The notes: generated from the sequence alone by a model not told the origin. Positions 12,099-25,041 are shown, counted from the first letter of the whole stretch. The stretch: DNA of 60,876 nucleotides, filler included, from Sphacelaria rigidula (GCA_964200075.2; 5 parts of 5 records of this genome joined end to end with filler, not necessarily neighbours in it); one strand, 5' to 3'. Translations and numbers: made by a program.

Positions 12099-12198
12099 NN
12101 NNNNNNNNNNNNNNNNNNNNNNNNNNNNNNNNNNNNNNNNNNTTAATTAATTAANNNNNNNNNNNNNNNNNNNNNNNNNNNNNNNNNNNNNNNNNNNN
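12099..12198. other. Artificial contig spacer
   Basis: N44-TTAATTAATTAA-N44. Confidence 0.98.
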
Positions 12199-12307
12199 CC
12201 CGCAAAAGCGCAAAACAAAAAGCGGTAACCTGGTTGCCTAGCTTACGTAGTGAGTGGCGTGTTTCATAGCGTCATCGCCAAGCGACGCCAACCTCATCGG
12301 GGGTGGA

Positions 12308-12400
12308 GAGGGGGGGGGGGCGTACTCATATGTTGCTTGCCTTAGTCGTGTGACCATTGACCACGCATCCCTTTCGAGACGGAGCACCGTAGTGGGGGGA
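12308..12400 (-). mobile_element. 3' end fragment of a high-copy LINE-like repeat
   Basis: Reverse complement of gctccgtctcgaaagggatgcgtggtcaatggtc..actaaggcaagcaac..atgagtacgccccc; also at 29261-29332, ~49230-49302 and ~60805-60876. Confidence 0.7.
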
Positions 12401-12634
12401 ACTGTTTGGCATTGTTCCAATATACCAACAACAGTACTCTGTTCAGTCGACTCAAAACTCACCCATTCAGATCATATCAGTAAGGTTCTAACCAAGATCA
12501 ATCAAAAACTGCCCGCAAAAGTTCGCCCATCGGACGAGGCTAAAACCCGAAAAGGTCAGACGTGCGATCATTCTCTACATGACTACCGCAGTCGTGCTCG
12601 GCCTACTCGCATATTCCAAAGCAATAGGACTCAC

Positions 12635-15600
12635 CGAAGCCATAATCTGCCAAGACACGATGACGATTTTTGCCGAGTTGAGGGGCACCCACTCTTTGAA
12701 GCGACTAAGGCGGCCTTGACTTTGATTCGCACGGCCGGACTCCTTGGAAACCAAGAACAGGATAAGAACAAGCACCAGAATAGCAACTAACGGTATGACC
12801 ACCGCCGCGAACACGACCTGCCTCGAACGTGAGCACTTACTGCATCGGAATGCCAGCGATTCAGCGTAGCCATCGCTGCACACGGCGCAATCTGCTCGCG
12901 CACAGCAGACAACGGGGTGGTTTAAGCGGGATGAATGGTTCGATTGCGAAGAAAGGGCGTGCAGAATGGGTTTCTCCATAAATGGCGTTAACAGCGATCA
13001 ACGGTGGAGCGGCAGCGCGCATTTTGTTAGAAAAAAACGGAAGGGCTAGGTTATGTTTCCTGTCGTAAAGAACTGGTCGTCTACCTGGCGTGTAATGTAT
13101 GTAGACTTAGTTTGTGGAATTTTCTGTACACGCGTGCACTTTTGCTTTTCATAACGAAGACAAGCCACTGAAAACAAAGCAGTGGGCACTCACATGCTCC
13201 CTCGTATCCGGTGTTACAGTTTCCGGCAGTTCCCGTCTCCGCCTCCATGCAGGCGTCTTTGTGGTAGCACTCAAGCACATCTCTGCTGGAGTTGGTGGTT
13301 CGCCAATACCCCGAATCCATGACAAGGGTTGCGAGGGTTCGGCCTCCTCCCTTGCTGGTTGTGTGTTCAATTGCGCTCTTACATACGGGGGCGTCCTTCT
13401 CTGTGAGGTTGCATGTGCCCTGACATTCTGAGCAACCATTGCATACCGCTTCGTAGTGACCACCCTGCACGTGCATCAACCATGAACGCGTCTCAAGTGA
13501 GTTGTGGCCAGCTATCGGCAGGGTGCCGTCGTTGTTAAGGGGGGACTGACTGCCCGCAGCTCCTGCCGGCATTGTAGAATTGTTGTAAGTACTGTCAATA
13601 CAAGGAACACTTTTTACCACACGTGACCATGACTTCACAGAGCTCACAGAACGCCGATCGGTAGTACAAGGCCTTCAAGAAAATGTTCGCTCGCTGAATG
13701 TGTGCTACACATAGCATTAATAACACTCGGTGCCAAGTAAGGCATATGGTGAACAATCTTCCGCGCACGCACGAACAACTTGCCTCATCGAAGTCGAGAT
13801 ATGTCCCCTCGCCGCAAATGAAAACATTGCCCGAAAAGGTGCAATTCGTCATCTCCGATGTAAAGCCAATCGTGGCCACAGCTGGACCTCCTGCTTGGCC
13901 TGCCTGGTTTTCGTGGAACTGACACCCAGTGATCGTGGCAAAACCAGCCAGTCGCAAGGCACCCCCTTCCGGTGCCCTGTTCTGCACAAAAGTGGAGTTC
14001 CTTATCACGTCTTTTCCCGCCGCGCTTTCCATTGCTCCACCGGAGAACGATGCATTGTTCCCTTCGAACCAACAATCCTCATAGACTGTTGCATGGTCCG
14101 CCTCTTCTTCGGTGAGAGTCGTTCCACTGCCCGTGGCATATATCGCCCCGCCTACCTGAGCTTCATTGCCCGTGAAACTTACACCGGTAAACCTCGGGCC
14201 GATGCCAACACCCGCCAAAAACACCGCACCACCGGTCGATCCGGCTGAGTTGTTCGTGAAGGCAACCTTCACCAGCCCGAAGTTGATGAATGCTGATCCA
14301 CCCAACATCAATGCGCCACCGTACGATCCGCAAGAGTTCTTTTCGAAAGTGGTGACGCCGTAAAATGATATTGTGGCCCGACCGATGCGCCCAGTCATAG
14401 AGGCATACACCGCTCCTCCGTCTGAAAAAGCCCTATTGTTTGCCATCCGAGTAATTCCGTTGCACACAACCACGGAGTTTGCTCCTATGGCCAGAGCACC
14501 CCCGTCGTCCGCGAAGTTATCGACGAAATAGGTATTTCCCGTAAACGATAGATTGGTCCAGTCAGTCACACGTACACCGCCCCCGTCGTGAACCGCCCTG
14601 TTTTTGGCGATAGTCGTTTCATCGCCTTCCCACGATACGGAAGAATTATCTGCTGCAAGCACAGCTCCCCCGTCCTCCTTGGTAGCATTGTTGCCGGCCA
14701 AGAGAGTCTTGCTGGTCCACGATAGGATAGAAGACGAGCGCAAGCACACTCCGCCCCCCGAATGTGCCTCGTTTAGCGTGATATTGGTTTCGCCATTCCA
14801 TGAGATGGACGACTCACTCTTGCCAAAAATAGCTCCTCCGCACGTGCAGGCGTAGTTCTGGTCGAACTTTGTCTTCGAAGACCAGGACGCATGGGATTCT
14901 TCGACCACGGATAACGCCCCACCACGGCAATCCCCACCGCCATCAGCCTTGTTGTTGAAGAAGACCGTCTGTCCTTCTCCCTTCCAAGACACTGTTGAGC
15001 CGCCACACACATAGACAGCACCACCATCCACACTAGCCACGTTACCGCTGAAGGTGCTGTCGCCTGTCCACGACGCATCTCCGGCACCATCGACGTACAA
15101 CGCACCCCCGTGTTCGGAAGCAAAGTTATCCTTGAAAGATGTACGGTTGAAGGTTGCAACAGCCCCCCTTCCGACGAACACGGCCCCACCAAGAACAGAA
15201 GCGCCATTGCTTAGCTCAAGGTCACTAATATGCAGCACCCCCCCAACGACGCTGAAGAGCTGAGTGTCCCCTTGGCCGTCTGCTATAGCTGGGCCGAAAG
15301 AGGTACTTGCCCTTACCGTGAGAGTGGTGCCGTTTGTCACCCAAATGGTATCAGTCACGGTCACTTCTCCTCTCCACTCCACGCTGTAGTTTCCCTTAGA
15401 GCATACGATAGACCTGGCGAGGTTTGTTGCCCCGTTGCTGTTTGCAACGACCCAGTCTTTGGAAACTGCGTCTGTATCACAGCAATCACCGCCGTCATAC
15501 CTGCAGACCGAGACATCGTTCTTGGAATCACATACATCATCCCCGATTGTCGCCTCGTCACCAGTACAATCGTCCAATTGGGCAGCGCGGTCTCCGACAC

Positions 15601-15670
15601 ATGAGGTTGCGCACAATGCCCACAGTAGAAACGCACTTCGCGCAGAGAGGAGTGACAATCCTTTCATCAT
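12635..15670 (-). CDS. Polymorphic-membrane-protein-like (GGA/FxxN repeat) surface protein with LNR-like domain; exons 15670-13784, 13464-13194, 12891-12635; 3' end missing
   Basis: Signal-like N-terminus; LNR-like CTGDEATIGDDVCDSKNDVSVCRYDGGDCC; many FxxN..GGA(I/L/V) repeats; Cys-rich GYWR..CNTGYEGAYCAVC..C..C; hydrophobic TM segment; KIVIVSWQI. Exon phases are consistent; the first intron has a GC donor. Confidence 0.88.
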
Positions 15671-17024
15671 GCCAATCCCTCCTCTCTGAAATCCTAAAAC
15701 AGGGTGGCAAACCGACGAAAGCAGGAAGACAGGGGAGACGATCGTCATCTCGCATACGATAGGATTAAACACGATGCCTTGCGCTCAACAGTTCCTCACC
15801 CGGCTAAACGTTTGAGTAAAATATACTTCTTCTCCTCAGCCCTTCACAAATCAATGTTCTCTCAACCGCGCGAGAAGTGGGTTTCACGCAATGGCATCAG
15901 GACACCGCAACCAAGTGATTTCCCCAAGAAACACAATTCCTCGTAAGCGTACCTCTTCAATACTTGTACACGCCTTTGCTCGGATTTGAGGGACCGAAGT
16001 CCTCTTGGTGTTGCGCAGTTGTGGTGTGCACCATGTTTGTTCATCAAATTATAGATGTTGTTCGCCTTTGAACACTTTAATCGGCCCCGAACAGGCTCGA
16101 CTTTTGTGAAAAGCCTCTGGTTCGTGAAGAACTAGCATGACTTCTGAGATTAATGTTCAAACGATTTCAATAAAAAACTGTTCTCTTGTAGATCTCGAGC
16201 GGAGCGATACCTGATCCTGGTTTACAGCAGTATACGGGATTCGCTCACGTATGATGTCATTTTGAAGTCTTGCGCGTTAATTCACTCGATGCTTTATTCA
16301 ACTAAGTGATCCCAACCAAGCTGGTGTCTCAGCTACGCATCGCCATGAGCTAAACCTACCATAACACTTTCGTCCTTGACCTGCGGTCTGCGTTACCTCA
16401 CTATGAGTAATACATGGGCTTTCGAACAAAGGCATGTTGGCGCTTCTATATTTCCAGTTGGAGGCCATAGCATTGATTCCATGACCATGACCTAAGGAAA
16501 TAAAGCCGGGAAAACCTACAACCTTTTAACGAAAAATCGGCTCGTGCGAAGGTTGGTCATCAACGCTTTCCGGTCAACTTCATAAAAAATATGAACAAAA
16601 CATGCGCGTCGCAGCGCGTACGCTTAAGGATCCGGGCCATTCAAATCTAGGAAAATGCGGGCATGCGGAGAATCCCCATGGATCCCATGTCATGGTCGTT
16701 AGCTTTCCCTGCGTCAATGGCAAATCACCTGTTTTTGGTGCGTTGTCGCTGAAATGCTTGCTTCAAACGCGGTTTACTACGGTATTGGTTCCTCAAGGAT
16801 CATACAGCCTACAACCTGGAGCCCTAGGAACATATTTGTTTCCCACAGGTCGGCAAGCAAACGTGAGGACAATGCCTATCAAAATCAGAATCCGAAAAGG
16901 TCTACTTGCTTGCATACAGCGCCCGTGCCTGAAGGGCCAAGAGGGATGGCGCTTGTCCGGGCACGGTATCGGTCGCTGTGCGGTCCGCCTAAGCGGCGGG
17001 GCTGCATCATCAGACGAAAGTGGC

Positions 17025-17280
17025 CAATAGTGCCGACGGTGCCGCTCATAGTTCAGACGGTATCGGCTAGAGTTCCGTTGGTCACCGTGTCGCCGACATA
17101 TAGGACTCTTGGAGCTGCCGCCGAAACTGTCAGAGGTGCCGGCGACACTGCCGGTGCTGCCGGCCATACACCGACAGTGTCGCCGGCAGTTTCGACAGTG
17201 TCGCCGACAGTTCCGATAGTACCGCCGTTGCCGACATTGCTGCAAGTTTTGACGATCGCGTCTGAAGAGTGACCGACACT
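17025..17280. repeat. Degenerate ~21-bp minisatellite (gtgtcgccgacagttccgata-like)
   Basis: Periodic (t/c)gccg(a/g)ca motifs; a 9-bp agcaagccg array follows at ~17447-17481. Confidence 0.7.
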
Positions 17281-18267
17281 GTCTAAAAATGCCAAGCCTG
17301 GGCGGCCAGAGCGAACGAAATCATCAAGGGTTCGAGTGTTGGGAGGACGTACCAGGTACAACGACATGGACATTGCATTGGACGCACCACACCGACCGTC
17401 ATGGGTAGGTGCTTGGGCATGATCAGGCACGTGCGCTACTCGGTCGAGCAAGCCGAGCAAGCCAAGCAAGCCGAGCAAGCCGATTCTGCAAGTGTAATGA
17501 GCATGGTGACCTGAAAAGCATAAGAAAAGAAATAGAGTAATGCCCTGTGTTACCTTGTAATTTAAGACGAAATGACAGACCCGTTCTTTCGCTCAAGCGC
17601 CTCCTCAACCATCCGCGATGTGACCCCGTGCTGCGCCAGAGGTAAGCAGGATTGATTGTCGCTCCAAGCCTATGGAGATGAGATTTGTGCAACAGAAAAG
17701 GGTGTGGTCAAACACACACATAGCTGTAGTCAACAAGTCAACAAGAGTATCAAAACTACCGGAAGTGCGAGCCCAGCGGCGCAGACAAAGAGTGCGGGAA
17801 CATTCAAGAGTTACCGCTTTTGTCAGATATTTTCAAACTACGAGCTGGGCTAGCCGGCAGTTTTTTTGTCGGTTGGCGGGTCATGCGGCGCTTCATTTGA
17901 GGAAATAGACGCTGAAATTTTGACACGACTTTTTCATCAACACGCACAACATTTCTCGGGATATCAAGAAGAAGAAAAAACGTTGGAGAAACTTGTTGAA
18001 ATTTCAGCAAATTCTAGAAAAAATTTCGACTCTATGAAAAAGACTAAGGACGGCGGCATTCCCAGCCACGATTTTTCACTCGCGCGCAGAAGATCCTGGG
18101 AAAATTTCAAAATTGGGCCCAGCGTGGACTTTTTTTTGTGTGACACCGCTGCGCCCGGGTTGTCCAACTGATACAAGAGCCTCCATTTACACAGGTGACG
18201 AATTCGAACCCGGACACGACCATCTTTCCCCCAAAATCAAAGCAGATTTTTACTTCCAACTGTACAC

Positions 18268-18700
18268 TGGTCGCCCCGGTGGTTCAGTTGGTAACCTCGA
18301 AGTCTTTTGACGGTTGGGTCGTGGGTTCGAATCCTGGTGAAGTCACACGAACTGGGGTTTTTCTCACACCATGCCCAACAGTGGAGAACGACCACGTCAT
18401 GGGTAAAACAAATTCGACCTCACGGTCGATGAGGAAACGGAAACTGTGACCTCCCTCGCCAGAAAAAATAAGGCAAGCACCGCGCAAGGAGGGTAGAGTT
18501 CTATAACAAAACAAGAACAAATATCCGGTGATGGCCTTCCTCCTGTGTGACCCCAGCTGATGTACCCACTTATACCGAAAGGTGTAAACTGTCGTCCAGA
18601 ATAAACGGGATGGCCACACATAAACGATCAACATCGGGGATTTAATCGAGAAAAATCTTTGCAGCCCAGTCCCAGTTGGATACCTGTGCCTGTGCTCGTT
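18268..18700 (+). mobile_element. tRNA-derived SINE (3' boundary approximate)
   Basis: A box tggttcagttggt and B box ggttcgaatcc at tRNA-like spacing, but no paired acceptor stem; followed by a non-tRNA body. Confidence 0.7.
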
Positions 18701-20331
18701 GTACAGTGTTGGACGGTCGAACTATTCATTTTGTGGCATTTTGTGATTTTTTCGTGCTTGGCGATTTTCTTTGGCTTTTTTCGCTTGCCATCCTGCATCA
18801 CATCGGACATCTCAAGATATTTGTGTCTGCTCCACATTCCAAGAAGAGGAAATCATCTTCACTCAATATTGAGTGATTTACGGGCTGACCGGTCATCGGG
18901 GGTCATGCCACGTTTCAGCCCAGATTCTCAGTCTTCCGTATTTTCGGTTGATCGAGCCCGTCCCGATCATATTTGTTGAAAATGCACAGTTTCACTTTTC
19001 TGAAATTCTGCCTACTCAGTGCACTAGGGCCGAAAAACTGCGTTTCACGGTCAATAACACCCTCCTGATGAACGGGGTATGTACTCGTTTCGCCCGATAA
19101 CACCAACTAAGACTGACTTGGGCACTTTGTTTCAAAGATGATCTGTGTTGTTGTACCAAAATCTATCGACGCTAACAATTTCGAGCTCTATCGAAGAGTA
19201 GTACGCGAGGAAAACCTCAAAACATCCCTAAATAGTTAGACCGCCCACTACACTATGTGACAATCGACTCGGAGGCCCTCCCCCATGATGAAGCTGCTGG
19301 CGAGCTTCATGCCATCTCGTAGCATTTCCAGTGCCCTCTTGACTGTGCGTGTCAGAGTTGTCATACGTGATTCCGCCGTGTTTTACAAAAAAAAACAGAA
19401 CACGCTCTTACACCACGTATTGAGACGCACCTGGTATTCAATACGGTACGAAAGCGTCATCGCCAAAACTGCGCCAATCGAACAGCGGCGAGGCCGTGCA
19501 TAACCAGGTTGGTCCGCAGATCACAGCGATAGGAATACATCGGGGTGATTTGGGAAACTGAAAAGGTTGTCGTGTGCTGAGGGCTTCTACGTTTCACAAC
19601 TGGCCCAGCTCGTACGGTGGAGTAGCAGCAGCTGCAGCAGTAGTGCAGATACCGTCAGAATGAAGTGCAATCGAGACGATGTTGCATACGTGCGATATCA
19701 AAACACGCTCGAGATGTGCCATAACCAGGCCTGCCCCGAAGGTAGCAGGGCTGCTGCGTAAGCATACATACAAAAAGATGCACAGTGTTGGCGTGTATCG
19801 CACCAGTGGTGACTGCCAGCGTGTGTCAGTTCCGAAGAAAATAATTCAAGTATGCACAACACGGATACATACAGAAAAACATACAGATAAACATACAGAT
19901 AAACATACACATACGTGAATCGTGTCTCAAGACCGATCGATGAGTAGTTCGTCGTCACTAATTCTCATCTACAGTATATGCCCAACATCCCCATTCTCAT
20001 GAAGAAAGGCATTTTGCCTCTTGAAAAAAACTCTTGTAAACCCCAAACGTGACATTGGTCGCCTGAGACCATTCATCTACGGCGCGGTCGCAGCCTACGG
20101 GTGAAGAATGACCCCAGCACCCTAACCCAACGATTATTTTGTGACACAAATCTAGATATATGCGCAGATTGGGACCGGTCAGATTTGTATTTCGTCCATT
20201 ATGGGTACATATATATATATTATATATAATAGCTCAGATCGGGGCAGCTCAGATTAGGAAACCTCGACTTGCACTCGAATTTCTCCGGGGAGACTTAATG
20301 CCGCCCCCGTCTGACGATCTGACGCTGTTAA

Positions 20332-20432
20332 CCCTTTGAAGGCCAGGGTAGGTTATCTGAAAACGTGCTGATTTTGCAAGCGAAAGTGATGCCGATTCAA
20401 CAGATGATCCACCTACCCTGGCGGTCAAAGGG
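20332..20432. mobile_element. 101-bp piggyBac-like mini element
   Basis: TTAA|CCCTTTGAAGGCCAGGGTAGGT ... ACCTACCCTGGCGGTCAAAGGG (20/22 inverted match); related copy at 25538-25644. Confidence 0.6.
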
Positions 20433-20645
20433 TGCAAGCAAGATGCGTTTAATGCTTTCGAAAGCGCAGCAGCATACAGACTCATGACAGCATGGACTGC
20501 GCCTACCGGTGCCAGCTGTTGGAGGAGCCTCGTTGCACACGTAGCACGCACGGGGTTCGACGGAGAATAACAGGAGTTAGCACCGTACCCTGCGCCAATG
20601 GAAACGGTTTTCGTCAGGCCGGTCCTTATAGCAGACAAAAACAAT

Positions 20646-21056
20646 GTCCTGTGAAAATGTTTTTCTAGTCCTCTTTCATCGCTTGACGCCTTAAGAGAGA
20701 GCTAGGCGGAGTTCGACACCCTGGAATGACTTGCTCTACTCGTTGAGATGGCTCTCGGAGATCTTCGCGTTGTCCGGTGGCCGCAATTTTGATTTTGGTC
20801 AAATTTGAGTTTTTGTCCAAGAACGGTCAAGAACAATCAATTCTAGAAAAAACTGTCATTTTTCTCTGGACTTGACCGTCTCTGAACAAAAGTGCTTGCT
20901 TACCCGAAATAAAAACTGCGCCCACCGAAAAACGCAAAGATGTCCTGGAACCGCCTGAAGAGGTACAGCGAGTCATTCCGACGTGTCAAACTCCGCCTAG
21001 CTCTATTCTAGGGCATAACATGGCTAAGGAGGACCACAAAAGCATTTTTACAGGAC
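20646..21056. repeat. Long imperfect palindrome (foldback/MITE-like)
   Basis: Arms pair along their length (gtcctgtgaaaatg/catttttacaggac; agctaggcggagtt/aactccgcctagct; acggtcaag/cttgaccgt); loop ~20832-20869. Confidence 0.8.
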
Positions 21057-22605
21057 TTTTTTTGTTTGCTATTATTATCAGGAGCAGCCTTAGAGAATGA
21101 AAAAGTAAAAGTAACGCCGCACGCGGCGATGGAAATATAGCGCATTGCACTGCCGAATATACCACCGTAGGGAGCGGTGCTATACTATGCTACTGTCTGT
21201 TGTTGGACTTGCAGGGTGATGCGCGGCACTGATTTTATTTGTCGCACATTTAATGATCCCCGAGAGAGCTATAAAGTTGTTGGTGTATTCAGTCATTATC
21301 CAACAGAAAGACAGACGTACCCGAGGTAAAAAAATGGGAATGCTCGCTGAGAAAAAAACGGTGGAATAATAAAAAAAAAACGAACGGATTTGATTCAAGT
21401 GTCGCACATTAACTGATCAGTGATCCCCATATGTCGAGAAACCCAGCTGTGGTCATAACATGGGCCCACGGGCACCCAACCGGATTTCGTAACTCGATTT
21501 TATTTCATTCATTGATTGAATCATTGTCACGCATTAACTAATCCGCGGGGGATCAGCAATGCTCATGAAAAAACGATTGGCGTGCCCAGGATAAAACAAA
21601 ACGGAGACAATCGCTGGAGGAAAGTGGATGGGACAGAAACGTAGAACAGAGTAGACTAAAAAAAAAGTCAGAGACGAGAAACTAGAAATAACCGGCCTCT
21701 GCGCGTTGGGCTCCAGATGGGAAGGTTTTGCGCAAAGCACATGCAATCTTACTCAATCGAAAAAAGAAGAGCCTCGGGAACAGATTGCGGCTTATTTACT
21801 GCGGCTACACTATTTTTTGGTATGAGCTGTCACCCATGAATTCTACGGAAGCTAGGCACCAGACTGCGACTGGCATTATACATAAACCAGAAGGAAACAA
21901 ACACAGACACACTAATCACACACTATTGATATTAATAGAGAGATGAGGCGAGAAAGACAAGAGCCCGAACGGCATGAACCGTAAAACAAAATAGAGACAT
22001 GGAAAAAGAAAACCACCGAAACGACAGCAAGTAGAAAAGGGGAGGGAAATGAACAGAGAATATCTAGAGCTGGGGTCACCATAAAGGTCACACTTCTTCG
22101 ACACACGATACTGTAACTTTTCCACTTTTCCGTATCAGCCCCACCTGAGTACATCGCTGTGAAGTGCAGACTAATCTGCTGATGCACGCGCTGCCGCAAG
22201 AACGAAAAAAACTGCACTGCATAATATGTAACGACAGCCATAAAGCTACTACAGAAGCGGCATCATGGCTTCAGGCAAAAAGGCCGTGCGCAAATGGTAG
22301 TCGCACTCGCATTCTAGCTCGCAAACTGTTCTATCAATACTGAATTACCATCACATTACCGCATGGTGGGTATTGCCCTGTTCTTTTGTGATGGAGGAGT
22401 GTACTACACCGTATTTACATCCCAGGGTACCACGGCACGGCACTGTACTTGAAAAATGATTCACTGCCTGCCTGTTCTTCGATTTTACTGTTGGTCGATA
22501 ACCCACCCCTTCAGAAAATGACGCTCCGTGTACAGAACTTTTCACAGGTCGGACGAGTCATTACTCGTTTAGACGAGTGCACTCGTGGGTGTTTTTCCAA
22601 AAACA

Positions 22606-22900
22606 CAACGAGCATGGCTCGTGTGCTCGAGTCATTACTTTTTTTACAACAAGCAATGACTCGAGTGCTCGCCCTATTAATTTTTTCCACAACGAGCAAT
22701 GACTCGAGTGCTTACCCTATTATTTTGTTACCACAACGAGCAATGACTCGAGTGCTTGCCCTAATATTTTGTTACCACAACGAGCAATGACTCGAGTGCT
22801 CGCCCTAATATTTTGTTACCACAACGAGCAATGACTCGAGTGCTCGCCCTATATTTTTTTCCCACAATGAGCAATGACTCGAGTGCTCGTGCTCGAGTCA
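22606..22900. repeat. Tandem minisatellite, ~43-bp unit, about 6 copies
   Basis: Unit caacgagcaatgactcgagtgctcgccctaatattttgttacca. Confidence 0.92.
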
Positions 22901-23273
22901 TTTATTTCTTCACTTGGTATGAATCGCTTGCTCGTGTCTTTTCTGGACAACCCGAGAACCAATCATCAATCACTGAAGTGATGGACGAGTGTGGCACGAG
23001 ACATGGTGGAAGCCTAGTGAACCAACGGTAGGATTTGGTAATATTGTGACCACTACAAATCGTACTACCCCCTTTGGATAGTATGCTTATGGCACTCTTC
23101 CACACCATCGTGTGTTTGCGGCAGAAATGATCAATAAGGCCCCTACAGCATCATTTTTACGAAAAAATAGCACAAATGGACACCTACCGCAAACACACGA
23201 TCGTGGGGAAATGGGTCTCAAGCGGAATACGTACGAGCTGGGCCAGTCGAGAAGCGATTCTGTAGTTTGCAGA

Positions 23274-23537
23274 CCCATTATACGGCCAATACTTGGAGTT
23301 GGACCCTGAAATTTGGTATGGACAATGAGTAGGGCATAATAAAAAAAAATACTAGTGCACACAAGGATTTTTTTTCCACGAGTTAGGGGCATTTTACCGA
23401 TATCTGAAAACTGATTATTGCCCTTAACTCATGAAAAAAAAGAAATTTGTGTGCACTGGTAATTTTTTTTATTATGCCCTACTCATTGTCCATACCAAAT
23501 TCCAGGATCCAACTCCTAGTATTGGCCATATAATGGG
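23274..23537. repeat. Inverted repeat with ~120-bp arms
   Basis: aatttggtatggacaatgagtagggcataataaaaaaaa pairs with ttttttttattatgccctactcattgtccataccaaatt; short central spacer. Confidence 0.88.
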
Positions 23538-24294
23538 CCGTTTAGTGCCAGGGTCAGAAGAAATTCGGAATAGTATTTTGCAGGCCATTTACCGGCCGAC
23601 GTTTGGTGTTTGTGTATTGAAACTTTGTGTGGGGCGTGGCGAGGCATGAACAATAAAACAAAGTGGATGAGGTCGTTTTTTTATTTTCTTCACTGTCTTA
23701 GGGCGTTGAAGTCTGGCAAAGACCATTTTTTCCTGAGAACGCCTGAACCTCTCCAAAAATTAAAAAATAAATCAAGGCCCATTTATTTTTTATTTTTTGC
23801 ATACCTCTGTGGTCCTCCATGCTGAGTTTCAAATTACAACTCTGAAAATTGGTATTAAAAATTGAGATAAGGCCCAAAAGCAGTGCTCATTTCTCCTCAA
23901 ACTGCCCCAGAAACCCGAAGAAAATGAAAAAAATGAAAAAATTGAAATAGCTGTGTTCATAAGCTTTATTGTGCACTAGCGGTTCTCCATACGAAATTTT
24001 ATAGCATAACTCTCAAAAACTGAGACGCGATATCCAGGTTCAGCTAATCTAGCGCATCTGCTCGGTATATACTGATTTTAGTATGGAAAGTTTTGTACGC
24101 CTTATCTCGAGATAGATTGCGAATTAGGTGAGGGTGATGGTATATACTGTCTCCCCGTGCTCCAGGGAATGTCCACAACAAAATTCGTCATCCGCTGAAT
24201 GCATCGATCGGGGGTTTCATAGAGATTTTAGTTTGGACGCTATCTCCCTTAGGTATAGGAATTACTAGACATGGGGTTTAATCAACGGGAAAAT

Positions 24295-24394
24295 NNNNNN
24301 NNNNNNNNNNNNNNNNNNNNNNNNNNNNNNNNNNNNNNTTAATTAATTAANNNNNNNNNNNNNNNNNNNNNNNNNNNNNNNNNNNNNNNNNNNN
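24295..24394. other. Artificial contig spacer
   Basis: N44-TTAATTAATTAA-N44. Confidence 0.98.
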
Positions 24395-24611
24395 TGCCTG
24401 CTCTTCGGCTTCATGCACGAGAACGCAGTACCACACTCACGCAAAAACTGGCCGTCTGTGTACAGAACCGTTTCACACATCTATGATACTGTACCGTCCG
24501 TGCCATAAAATGGTCCCCCCGATTTTTTCAAAACCGGGGTCCCAAACAATCTAGATTTGTTTGCCATAAAAGTAGGTCTAATACTCCCCGGGTCAATCTA
24601 TTATAGCACTA

Positions 24612-25041
24612 AAGGCGGGATTTTACAAATTGGGGGTGGATCTTCATTGAGGATGAGAACCCGTAGAATTGAAATCTTCGTATCCACACCAAATCTTCGG
24701 AATATAGTCCCACTCCTTCACCTACCGGTAGCTATTGACAAGTACTACACGACATACATTTTGTGGGGTGGGGGATCCTGATAATCGACATGTTGGGGTC
24801 GTACGTAAAGAAACGGTTTTGGGAAATTGAGATGATCCGATCAGATCGACGAAATTCCCCAAAAATATTTTTTCACCTAGGACCCCAACACCTTTGGTAT
24901 CGAGATCCGAATATGTATGGCGTGCAGTTGTTGTCAATAGCTACCATATTTCGAAGATTTGGTGTGGATACGAATATTTAATTCTCCGGGTTCTTCATCC
25001 TCAATAAAAAAGTCCATTGTCAATTTGTAAAATCCCGTCTT
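24612..25041. mobile_element. Palindromic MITE (same family as 40368-40777)
   Basis: cgggattttacaaattg...caatttgtaaaatcccg, with long internal inverted arms (tcgtatccacaccaaatcttcg / cgaagatttggtgtggatacga). Confidence 0.8.

Noticed and set aside
12143-12154. Regularly spaced TTAATTAATTAA motif every ~12.2 kb
   Set aside because: It is an assembly linker, and the periodicity reflects size sorting of contigs.
18273-18345. Functional tRNA gene
   Set aside because: There is no paired acceptor stem and no nearby terminator typical of a tRNA; a SINE head fits better.
22606-22900. CRISPR-like array
   Set aside because: The intervening segments are near-identical rather than unique spacers; the context is eukaryotic and no cas genes are visible.
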